A DNA stretch of 11,474 nt, taken from positions 1-11,474 of the forward strand of contig CAYMOU010000084.1 of NCBI GenBank assembly GCA_964392115.1, in the 5' to 3' direction. The notes beneath the pieces are model-generated. The model was not told where the DNA came from, made no database searches, and saw nothing but the letters and a program-made list of their open reading frames with translations. This DNA comes from an uncultured Defluviitaleaceae bacterium (GTDB lineage: Bacteria; Bacillota; Clostridia; Lachnospirales; WRBF01). Of the stretch, positions 1-6,597 are shown in pieces. The position numbers and the translations under genes are program-made. Each line of letters opens with the position of its first letter. Within the stretch, counting starts at the first letter, position 1.

Positions 1-179
1 ATACTTGCACAAATTATTATATCATATTTGTAACTAATATGAAAGATTTTAACATACAAAAATTAGTTTACTTAACATTTTCTTATAAATATGTGTAAAT
101 TTTATGTAAAGCAGAATATAAATTCCATTTAATTACTAAATATTACATCCTACTAAAATAAAGGTGATTAATAAAGTGT

Positions 180-207
180 TTGAATGTAGTTGCTTTTTTG
201 ATATAAT
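180..207 (+). promoter_or_regulatory. Candidate sigma-A promoter for the LysR-family gene: -35 TTGAAT (180-185), 16-nt spacer, extended -10 TGaTATAAT (199-207).
   Basis: Read directly from the sequence; perfect TGnTATAAT lies ~130 nt upstream of the 341 ATG. The A/T-rich background makes chance matches possible. Confidence 0.4.
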
Positions 208-340
208 AGTCAGCGGCAAAGCTATATATACAAATAAATGCACAAAATATTTATTAATACACTGCGGATATATAGTTGTTTTTCCCAATTAATATTATTT
301 CTTAATAACTGAATCGGTTTTTATAATTAGGGAGAGTGTT

Positions 341-1231
341 ATGTTAGATTACAGGTTTGAAACATTTTTGGTCTTGAGCAAGTTGGGTAGCTATACCAAA
401 ACCGCTCAGTACCTACATATAACACAACCGGCTGTATCGCAACATATAAAATATTTGGAAGAATACTACGGCTGTAAATTATTCTATTATGAAGGCAAGA
501 CCCTAATGCTTACCCCACGGGGTAAAATGCTAAACGATTTTGCCGTTACAATGAATTCGGACAGCATAAGAATAAAAGAATTGATGAACAAGGAGGAGTT
601 CAAGAGCCTTCCGTTGGAATTCGGTGTAAATTTAAGCATAGGCGAATACGTAATGCCAAAGGTAATAAAAAAATTAATAAAAATATATCCAAACCTAAGT
701 ATTACAATGATAGTTAACAACACACAAAACCTGTTGGAAAAATTAAGGGACGGAGAGCTGAGCTTTGTTATACTGGAAGGATATTTCGATAAATCAAGGT
801 ATGATTTTGAAGTATTGTCCGTTGAAAGTTTTATACCGGTTTGCTCTTCGGATTATCCCCTTGCAGATAAAAAAATAAATTTTAAGGAGATTTTAAACCA
901 TAGACTGTTTGTACGAGAAAAGGGTTCGGGCGTAAGAAATGTTTTTGACGAAATACTGTACGAAAACAATTACACTCCGGAAAATTTCGAGAATATAACC
1001 GTTATAGGTAATACCAATGCAATAAAACAACTGGTATCCGAAGGTTTGGGCATAAGTTTTTTATATAAAACATCTGTTGTAAACGAAATTGAAAGAGGAG
1101 ATTTACGCCAATTACAAATAGAAAACTATCAAATGAAGCATTATTTCAGCTTTGTTTATTTAAAGAACAGCCTCAATAAAATAGAATATTTGAATTGGTT
1201 AAGGTTTTTTAAAGAAACTGTAAATTCCTGA
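341..1231 (+). CDS. LysR-family transcriptional regulator (N-terminal wHTH, C-terminal substrate-binding domain).
   Basis: 296-aa ORF. The N-terminus (FETFLVLSKLGSYTKTAQYLHITQPAVSQHIKYLEEYYGCKLF) is the canonical LysR HTH signature. RBS GGGAGAG sits 7 nt upstream of the ATG. Confidence 0.85.
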   Translation: MLDYRFETFLVLSKLGSYTKTAQYLHITQPAVSQHIKYLEEYYGCKLFYYEGKTLMLTPRGKMLNDFAVTMNSDSIRIKELMNKEEFKSLPLEFGVNLSIGEYVMPKVIKKLIKIYPNLSITMIVNNTQNLLEKLRDGELSFVILEGYFDKSRYDFEVLSVESFIPVCSSDYPLADKKINFKEILNHRLFVREKGSGVRNVFDEILYENNYTPENFENITVIGNTNAIKQLVSEGLGISFLYKTSVVNEIERGDLRQLQIENYQMKHYFSFVYLKNSLNKIEYLNWLRFFKETVNS

Positions 1232-1259
1232 TAAAATTACACATTTTACATTATATTTA

Positions 1260-1287
1260 TTGTAAAAAACAATCCGTATGTTATAAT
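1260..1287 (+). promoter_or_regulatory. Candidate sigma-A promoter for floT: -35 TTGTAA (1260-1265), 16-nt spacer, extended -10 TGtTATAAT (1279-1287). Predicted TSS ~1294, so the 1298-1395 repeat element would be transcribed into the floT 5' leader.
   Basis: Read directly from the sequence; a perfect extended -10 just downstream of the lysR stop. Confidence 0.45.
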
Positions 1288-1297
1288 AGAGACATAA

Positions 1298-1395
1298 TAC
1301 TAATTCCATTTAAGACAATAGGTAAAAATTTGCAACTCAGACAAAGATTCAAGGATAATTTGCAAATTTTTAACCTTCGTTATATGGAATTAGTA
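1298..1395 (-). repeat. Copy A of a ~100-110 bp palindromic element bounded by 12-bp terminal inverted repeats TACTAATTCCAT / ATGGAATTAGTA, core AAGGATAA-N11-TTATCCTT around a TTTGCAAA palindrome. This copy is reverse-complemented relative to copies B and C.
   Basis: The reverse complement of 1298-1395 aligns base-for-base over most of its length with 6430-6540 and 11420-11474. Confidence 0.65.
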
Positions 1396-1445
1396 TAAAT
1401 CATGTTTTTCGATACTCTAAAAATTCTAATACAGGGGGTCATAAA

Positions 1446-2954
1446 ATGAGTATGGAAATATTGTTAATGACAATAGGGAGGGTGGAATTTAACATGGAAT
1501 TAATATGGATAGTCTTAGGCGTTATCTTGGTTTCTGTCTTTTTGGCAATATCCTACATAAAAGCACCGCCGGATATAGCTTACATAATTTCCGGCTTTAA
1601 AAAAGGTAAAGACAAAAACAGCGGTGCCAGAATTATTGTGGGTAGAGCAACTATCAGGATTCCCTTTTTCGAAAGGATAGACAAATTAAGACTTAACCTT
1701 ATGCAGGTAGACATTAAAACCAACTCCGCCGTACCTACCAGTGAATATATCAACATTTTCATTGACGGCGTTGCCAACATCAAGGTAGCCTCCGACAAAG
1801 ATTCTATACTTCGTGCCGCAGAAAACTTTTTAGGCAGACGCCAAGAAGAAATAGGCATTGTTGCCCAGCAAGTTCTCGAGGGCAATATGCGTGAAATTGT
1901 GGGACAAATGAAACTTTCGGACTTGGTGCAAAACAGGGACTTGTTTGCAGCAAAAGTCTTGGAAAATGCCGCCGACGACATGAGGAGAATGGGGCTTGAA
2001 ATAATAAACCTTACTATACAAAACTTTGTAGACAAAGAAGGCATTATTCAAGACCTGGGTATAGATAACATTGCAAGAATCAGAAAAGATGCAGCTATTG
2101 CAAAAGCCAATGCTGAAAAAGACATAGCTGTGGCTCAAGCGACCGCTATGGAAGAAAGCAACAAGGCAAAGGCTCTGGCGGATATTAACATAGCTTTGCA
2201 AAACAAGGAAGTTGAAATTAAGAAGTCCGAGTTTAAGATAGACCAAGACGTAAAAAAGGCAGAAGCCGACGCCGCCTATGCTATACAAGAACAGGAACAA
2301 CGTAAGAGCATAGAAACTTCATCGGTTAATGCAGACATTGCCCGAAGAGAACGTGAAGTTGAATTGAAAGAAAAAGAAATAGCTTTAACCGAAAAATCCT
2401 TGGATGCAGAGGTTAAGAAAAAAGCCGAAGCCGAAAAATATGCTATAGAACAACAGGCCCAGGCTGATAAATACAAACGTGAACAGGCTGCAATGGCCGC
2501 CAAAATCGAACAGGAACAACAGGCAGAAGCTGACAAAATCAAAGCCTCCGCTAAAAGGTTTGCCGATGAAGAAGAGGCAAAAGGTATAGAAGCCAAGGGC
2601 CGTGCCGAAGCAGAAGCAATCCTTGCAAAGGCAGAAGCTATGAAAGCCATGGGCGAAGCATCCGTATTGGAAATGTACCTTCAAGTATTGCCTGAAATAG
2701 TCAAAAATGCGTCCATACCTCTTGCTCAAACCGATAAGATTATAATGTACGGTGACGGCAATTCCACTAAACTTATCAAGGACGTAATGTCCTCCGCAAA
2801 CCAAATAACCGAGGGCATTGCGGAATCCACCGGGATAGATGTTAAATCCCTGTTAAGTGGATTTATCGGCGGAAAGGCCGCATCAGACCTCAATTTAGGT
2901 CGTCAAAGTACTTCAACTCCATCAGAACCCACACAACCCGGCGATAACAATTAA
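1446..2954 (+). CDS. floT: Flotillin-like SPFH/band-7 membrane-microdomain scaffold protein (FloT/YuaG-like). It has an N-terminal hairpin-membrane segment, an SPFH domain, and a long A/E/K/Q-rich coiled-coil (flotillin) region.
   Basis: The 502-aa ORF is co-linear with my recollection of B. subtilis YuaG (membrane anchor, then GPDEALIVTG-like motif, EA-repeat coiled coil, C-terminal tail). The true start may be the ATG at 1494 (MELIWIVLGV...), which has a stronger RBS (GGGAGGGTGG) and better N-terminal alignment. The 1446 ATG has RBS AGGGGG. Confidence 0.85.
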   Translation: MSMEILLMTIGRVEFNMELIWIVLGVILVSVFLAISYIKAPPDIAYIISGFKKGKDKNSGARIIVGRATIRIPFFERIDKLRLNLMQVDIKTNSAVPTSEYINIFIDGVANIKVASDKDSILRAAENFLGRRQEEIGIVAQQVLEGNMREIVGQMKLSDLVQNRDLFAAKVLENAADDMRRMGLEIINLTIQNFVDKEGIIQDLGIDNIARIRKDAAIAKANAEKDIAVAQATAMEESNKAKALADINIALQNKEVEIKKSEFKIDQDVKKAEADAAYAIQEQEQRKSIETSSVNADIARREREVELKEKEIALTEKSLDAEVKKKAEAEKYAIEQQAQADKYKREQAAMAAKIEQEQQAEADKIKASAKRFADEEEAKGIEAKGRAEAEAILAKAEAMKAMGEASVLEMYLQVLPEIVKNASIPLAQTDKIIMYGDGNSTKLIKDVMSSANQITEGIAESTGIDVKSLLSGFIGGKAASDLNLGRQSTSTPSEPTQPGDNN

Positions 2955-2964
2955 AATACATAAT

Positions 2965-3000
2965 AAAAAATGGTATAACTACGGGTTATACCATTTTTTT
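2965..3000. terminator. Bidirectional intrinsic terminator: A6-TGGTATAAC-tacgg-GTTATACCA-T7. It serves floT (+) and the convergent anti-sigma gene (-).
   Basis: Perfect 9-bp stem extended by an A-run/T-run on either side, lying between convergent stops (2954 and 3012). Confidence 0.7.
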
Positions 3001-3011
3001 GTGTGCATTGA

Positions 3012-4403
3012 TTAACTTGTTTTGTTTTTTATCTTATAGTAATGCCTATATAAAAATATGGGTGTAAATATAACAACGGCTAACAAAAGGGGTATACTGA
3101 TTCTCACCCAAAACAAAATGAATTCCTTGAAAAAGTTTATGGTACCTGCGGCGGATTCATTAAACGCCATACTGATTTGAGAAGGCATATCCATAACAGC
3201 CGGGTTTTCGGTAACATATATTCGAACGTTAGAAACATTGTTGTCCTGTAAAGCCATTTGACCTTGTAAGTCTATAATCTCGGAATTAATTTGCGAAAGC
3301 CTGTCTTCCAAAGCTAAGGTATCGGCAACGTTGCCTGCGTTTTCGGTCAACATCACTTTGATACGCTGTTCTTCGTCCTGCTTTAAATTAATCCGGGATA
3401 TTAAGGCTGAACTGTAACTTTCATCGTTGCTGTATTCCTCAACGCTTAACAGCACTTCTTTGTTATTATCAACAAAGGCTTCGATGCTGCGCTTTAAAAC
3501 ATCGTATTCACCGGTGGGAATTTCTACGGATACATAAAAGGTTTTAGCATTGTCAATATAGCTTTGCTCGGTAATGTTGGGTGTTAAGTTTAAGTCTGTA
3601 AACATAGCTTCTATGCCGGTGACAAAGCTTGCGTAATTGCCTGTACTTAGCTTGTATTCAGCGGTTTTTTTGATGGTATCGCCGGAGTTTACATAAATTT
3701 TTGCCGGTTCGGTCGAATTATTGTCGTAGATGTTGCCGGTTGTTGCCTCATCGGCATTATATTGGTATTGCATGGGTGCTTGTTGAGAATCGGAGGTAAG
3801 GCTCTCCGGTGGTTGCCCGGCAGAGGTGATGGAAACTATTCCCTCGTTCCCGTTGCCGGTCTGTTTTGGGGATTCAACCTCCATGTTATACATCTGTACA
3901 GAGCGTCCATATTCCGTAGCCACTTGCTCGTTTCCGGGCGGACTTTGTTTACCGCCCAAAATAAACTCATCGTTAACAGCACTGCTTTTCCCAAATAACA
4001 TCAGCCCAACAGTAGAAACTACCATAAGGGCGGCGAAAGTATAGGCAAAGGCACCGGCAAGTCTGCGGAAGAAAGGTATTTTTACGACTTTCTTAGGATG
4101 CACCTGCATTATTCGTTTAGCCGGCGTGGATGGTGTTTTTTCCATAAACAACTGCACTTGCTGCTCTTGGCGGTGCAGTTTTTCCATCAGTTCGTCGTGA
4201 TAACCTTCCGGCAGTTCAACCTTGGACAACTCTTGCAAGTCATTGAGAAGGGCTTGCATTTGTTCCAATTCGCTTTTGCAACCGGGGCATTTATCTATAT
4301 GAGCCAAAAAATCCGCTTTTTCTTCTTTGTTTAATTCGTTGTCCAAGAACGCCGTGATAATCAGCTTATATCTCTCACAATCCACTCTGTTACCTCCTTC
4401 CAT
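3012..4403 (-). CDS. Anti-sigma factor. It has an N-terminal zinc-finger anti-sigma (ZAS-like HxxxCxxC: AHIDKCPGCK) domain, a TM helix, a large extracytoplasmic DUF4349-like domain and a C-terminal TM segment.
   Basis: 463-aa ORF overlapping the 3' end of the ECF sigma gene. Hydrophobic segments are AFAYTFAALMVVSTVGLMLF and ISIPLLLAVVIFTPIFLY. An alternative GTG start at 4385 (VDCERYK...) is preceded by GGAGG and begins 4 nt after the sigma stop. Confidence 0.7.
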   Translation of the reverse strand: MEGGNRVDCERYKLIITAFLDNELNKEEKADFLAHIDKCPGCKSELEQMQALLNDLQELSKVELPEGYHDELMEKLHRQEQQVQLFMEKTPSTPAKRIMQVHPKKVVKIPFFRRLAGAFAYTFAALMVVSTVGLMLFGKSSAVNDEFILGGKQSPPGNEQVATEYGRSVQMYNMEVESPKQTGNGNEGIVSITSAGQPPESLTSDSQQAPMQYQYNADEATTGNIYDNNSTEPAKIYVNSGDTIKKTAEYKLSTGNYASFVTGIEAMFTDLNLTPNITEQSYIDNAKTFYVSVEIPTGEYDVLKRSIEAFVDNNKEVLLSVEEYSNDESYSSALISRINLKQDEEQRIKVMLTENAGNVADTLALEDRLSQINSEIIDLQGQMALQDNNVSNVRIYVTENPAVMDMPSQISMAFNESAAGTINFFKEFILFWVRISIPLLLAVVIFTPIFLYRHYYKIKNKTS

Positions 4404-4992
4404 CTATAATAACGTTATTTTGAGAGTTTTGTTCCTTCTCGTACAATTGTTTTAATCGGCGTCTTGCACGTGATAATCTTGATTTTACCGTTCCCAAGTT
4501 ACTGTTGGTTACCTCCGCTATTTCGTTATAACTCATTCCCTGTATATCCCTTAATACTATTAAAGTCTTGTAATCGTGAGAAAGCTTGTGTATAGCCGAA
4601 ACCAATTCCTTTTGTTTTTCCGATTCTATGGCGCTTTCTTCCGGGGTGCTTTCTTTTGAAGGGATTTGTATAATTTTAAGCCCCTCTTCGCCGTCCTTTG
4701 TTTCGTCCAGACTGACGGCTTCTTTCCGCCGGCGTTTACGCAGCTCGTCTATACAAGTATTTGTTGTTATTCTGGCTACCCAGCTTTTGAAATAAGTAAT
4801 GTTGGAAAATTCATGCAGATTTTTGTATATCTTAATCAATACCTCTTGGGATATATCCTTGGCATCTTCGCTGTTTGGCAACATTCTGTAAGCAATGGCA
4901 TACACGAACTTTTCGTACCCCAGGATTAATTGCTCAAATGCTCCCATATCTCCTTCGGTGGCTTTTATCAGTAAGTAAGCTTCATTATCCAA
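4390..4992 (-). CDS. ECF (sigma-70 family, group IV) RNA polymerase sigma factor.
   Basis: 200 aa with region 2 (GDMGAFEQLILGYEKFVYAIAYRML...DISQEVLIKIYKNLHEF...SWVARITTNTCIDELRK) and region 4 (LRDIQGMSYNEIAEVTNSNLGTVKSRLSRARRRL). The start codon is TTG (minus-strand RC of 4990-4992) with RBS AAGGAG 8 nt upstream. Confidence 0.85.
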   Translation of the reverse strand: MDNEAYLLIKATEGDMGAFEQLILGYEKFVYAIAYRMLPNSEDAKDISQEVLIKIYKNLHEFSNITYFKSWVARITTNTCIDELRKRRRKEAVSLDETKDGEEGLKIIQIPSKESTPEESAIESEKQKELVSAIHKLSHDYKTLIVLRDIQGMSYNEIAEVTNSNLGTVKSRLSRARRRLKQLYEKEQNSQNNVIIDGRR

Positions 4993-5045
4993 TTCCTTCG
5001 CTCCTTCTTTCCTTTCTGTTTGAGAATCGTCCTTAATTCTTTATT

Positions 5046-5074
5046 ATAATACCAAATTTTTTGTTATTTAACAA
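5046..5074 (-). promoter_or_regulatory. Candidate sigma-A-type promoter for the ECF sigma operon (- strand): -35 TTGTTA, 17-nt spacer, extended -10 TGgTATTAT.
   Basis: Read from the reverse complement of 5046-5074; it lies ~50 nt upstream of the TTG start at 4992. Confidence 0.3.
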
Positions 5075-5115
5075 CAGCTTCCTAAAACACATAAAAGTTT
5101 CACAGTGATAGAAGG

Positions 5116-5144
5116 TTGTAAAGCGGTAACGGTTGATATATAAT
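5116..5144 (+). promoter_or_regulatory. Candidate sigma-A promoter for the AsrC-like gene: -35 TTGTAA (5116-5121), 17-nt spacer, -10 TATAAT (5139-5144).
   Basis: Read directly from the sequence; consensus -10 at the right spacing, ~110 nt upstream of the start. Confidence 0.4.
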
Positions 5145-5252
5145 TAATATGAAACATTGCTTCAATTTAACGGGTCTGCAAGCCTAAAACAACAAATCAC
5201 ACATATGTACTTTGATAGCATAAGATAAACACCTATAAGTATGGAGGAAAAA

Positions 5253-6176
5253 ATGAACGAGCAAAAAAAATTAACCCCTGAACAAATTAAAAACGTTAAA
5301 GGTATGGGATTTTTACATAACAGAGGAACCGGCTCTTTTTCGGGCAGGGTAATTACGGAAAACGGCGTTTTAACGGCTAAGGATATGGCGGTTTTGTCTC
5401 AAGCGGCGGAAAAATTCGGTAATGGCAAGGTTACCTTTACCGTCAGAATGACCTGTGAATTACCGGGCATAGAGTACGATAACATAGAACCCTTCCGTGA
5501 ATTTTTGGCGAAAGAAGGCCTGCAAGTCGGCGGAACAGGCCCTAAAGTGCGCCCCATCGTAGCCTGCAAGGGAACCACCTGTGTTTACGGGCTTTACGAT
5601 ACTCAAGCTATGGCAAAGGAAATACACAAGCGTTTCTTTGAGGGATATTCCAAAGTTATGTTGCCTCATAAATTTAAAATTACTTCCGGCGGCTGCCCGA
5701 ATAATTGTGCAAAACCGGACTTAAACGACGTGGGCTTGGTTGGTCAACGCATACCCAAGTTTAAAGCCGAAGATTGTAAAGGCTGCAAGAAATGCGTGGT
5801 CAGTGAGGGTTGCCCTATGAAAGCGGCTACCCTTGATGACGGAAAATTATCCATAGACGAAAACATCTGCAACAGTTGCGGTAAATGCACCAGAACCTGT
5901 ACTTTCAAAATTTTTGAAGATAACGAAACTTTATATAAAGTCTACGCCGGCGGTAAATGGGGTAAACAAATCCGAGTTGGTACTCCCATAAGCAAATTGT
6001 TCACCAAAGAAGAAGCCCTTGATGTAGTTGAAAAATGCATCCTCCTCTTTAAAAAAGAAGGCATTAAAGGCGAACGCTTCGGCGATACCATAGACCGCAT
6101 AGGTAAAGAAAAAGCCGATGAATTACTTATTTCAGACATTTTGTTAAACGAAAAAGAAGAAATAATTAATTCCTGA
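5253..6176 (+). CDS. Stand-alone AsrC-like protein (anaerobic sulfite reductase subunit C-like): a nitrite/sulfite reductase ferredoxin-like half-domain plus siroheme/4Fe-4S domain, with an inserted 2x[4Fe-4S] ferredoxin motif.
   Basis: Cys motifs CKGTTC...CPNNC are the SiR/NiR-type cluster, and CKGCKKCVVSEGCP...CNSCGKCTRTC is the ferredoxin dicluster. Architecture matches AsrC. The ORF track starts at 5241 (ATGGAGG...), but that ATG overlaps the RBS GGAGG for the ATG at 5253, so 5253 is preferred. Confidence 0.7.
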   Translation: MNEQKKLTPEQIKNVKGMGFLHNRGTGSFSGRVITENGVLTAKDMAVLSQAAEKFGNGKVTFTVRMTCELPGIEYDNIEPFREFLAKEGLQVGGTGPKVRPIVACKGTTCVYGLYDTQAMAKEIHKRFFEGYSKVMLPHKFKITSGGCPNNCAKPDLNDVGLVGQRIPKFKAEDCKGCKKCVVSEGCPMKAATLDDGKLSIDENICNSCGKCTRTCTFKIFEDNETLYKVYAGGKWGKQIRVGTPISKLFTKEEALDVVEKCILLFKKEGIKGERFGDTIDRIGKEKADELLISDILLNEKEEIINS

Positions 6177-6200
6177 AACTATAATTAATAATCTACATAT

Positions 6201-6227
6201 AAAAAAGCCGACAAATCGGCTTTTTTT
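6201..6227 (+). terminator. Intrinsic terminator after the AsrC-like gene: AAAAAAGCCG-acaaat-CGGCTTTTTTT.
   Basis: Hairpin plus a 7-T run 25 nt after the stop; the A-run upstream makes it potentially bidirectional. Confidence 0.65.
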
Positions 6228-6249
6228 AATCCACTCAAACAGAATAACG

Positions 6250-6303
6250 AAATGCACCAAATGCACCAAATGCACCAAATGCACCAAATGCACCAAATGC
6301 ATC
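6250..6303. repeat. 9-bp tandem repeat (AAATGCACC)x5 plus one degenerate copy (AAATGCATC).
   Basis: Perfect head-to-tail copies read directly. It translates as (MHQ)n or (FGA)n in spurious ORFs. Confidence 0.85.
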
Positions 6304-6391
6304 GAATACCTTTAATACAATGTAGGGTCGGGGCTCTGCTCCGACCGCTCTACGACCACGGCAACCTTTATCTTTCATCCATCCAATCCAC

Positions 6392-6427
6392 AAAAAAGAG
6401 GAGTGCCACGAAACCGCAAGCACTCCT
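6392..6427 (-). terminator. Intrinsic terminator for the - strand transcript (end of the acid-sugar operon/glxK remnant). Minus-strand RNA reads AGGAGUGC-13 nt loop-GCACUCCU followed by CUUUUUUG.
   Basis: 8-bp perfect GC-rich stem followed by a U6 tract on the - strand; it abuts repeat copy B. Confidence 0.6.
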
Positions 6428-6429
6428 TA

Positions 6430-6540
6430 TACTAATTCCTTATTTAATGAAGGTTTAATGAAGGATAAAAATTTGCAAATTATCCTTAAATCTTTGTCAA
6501 AATTGCAAGTTTTTATCTACTGTTTTAAATGGAATTAGTA
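6430..6540 (+). repeat. Copy B of the TIR-bounded palindromic element (TACTAATTCCT...ATGGAATTAGTA). It contains an internal 10-bp duplication (TTAATGAAGG x2). A further partial fragment lies at ~6561-6590 (TACTAATTGCAAAT on the - strand).
   Basis: Aligns with copy C and with the reverse complement of copy A. It sits between the glxK pseudogene stop (6598) and the - strand terminator. Confidence 0.65.
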
Positions 6541-6597
6541 TTAATAAGGGGTTTTGGAAATGAAATTGTTAATTACTGATTTGCAATTAGTATAAGT

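Noticed and set aside
1-340. LysR T-N11-A binding boxes upstream of the regulator
   Set aside because: T-N11-A matches are ubiquitous in this A/T-rich stretch, and the divergent partner gene (if any) is outside the window, so nothing specific can be claimed.
1298-1395. Repeat element as an insertion sequence or as a promoter-carrying element
   Set aside because: It has no ORF and is too short for an IS. The internal TTGCAA / TATGGA pair has inconsistent spacing (17, 19 and >25 nt) among copies, so a conserved outward promoter is not supported. The real floT promoter lies just outside the element.
1580-2804. Four antisense ORFs (154, 156, 124 and 139 aa) inside floT on the - strand
   Set aside because: They are shadow ORFs created by the low-complexity GCN/GAA-rich coiled-coil coding region of floT. 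They have biased composition (Ser/Ala/Phe/Cys runs) and no RBS, and they lie fully inside a well-supported gene.
5097-5102. ECF-type -35 (TGAAAC) upstream of the sigma gene that would indicate autoregulation
   Set aside because: No CGT-type -10 element lies at 16-17 nt spacing downstream of it on the - strand. A sigma-A-like TTGTTA-17-TGgTATTAT lies closer to the gene instead, so ECF autoregulation cannot be supported from sequence alone.
6250-6303. Possible CRISPR array
   Set aside because: Units are only 9 bp, directly abutting with no spacers, and there are no cas genes. This is a simple tandem repeat, not CRISPR.
6235-6458. ORFs translating to MHQMHQMHQ... (+) and ...FGAFGAFGAF (-)
   Set aside because: They are artefacts of translating the 9-bp tandem repeat and the GC-rich island. 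There is no RBS, and they span two terminators.
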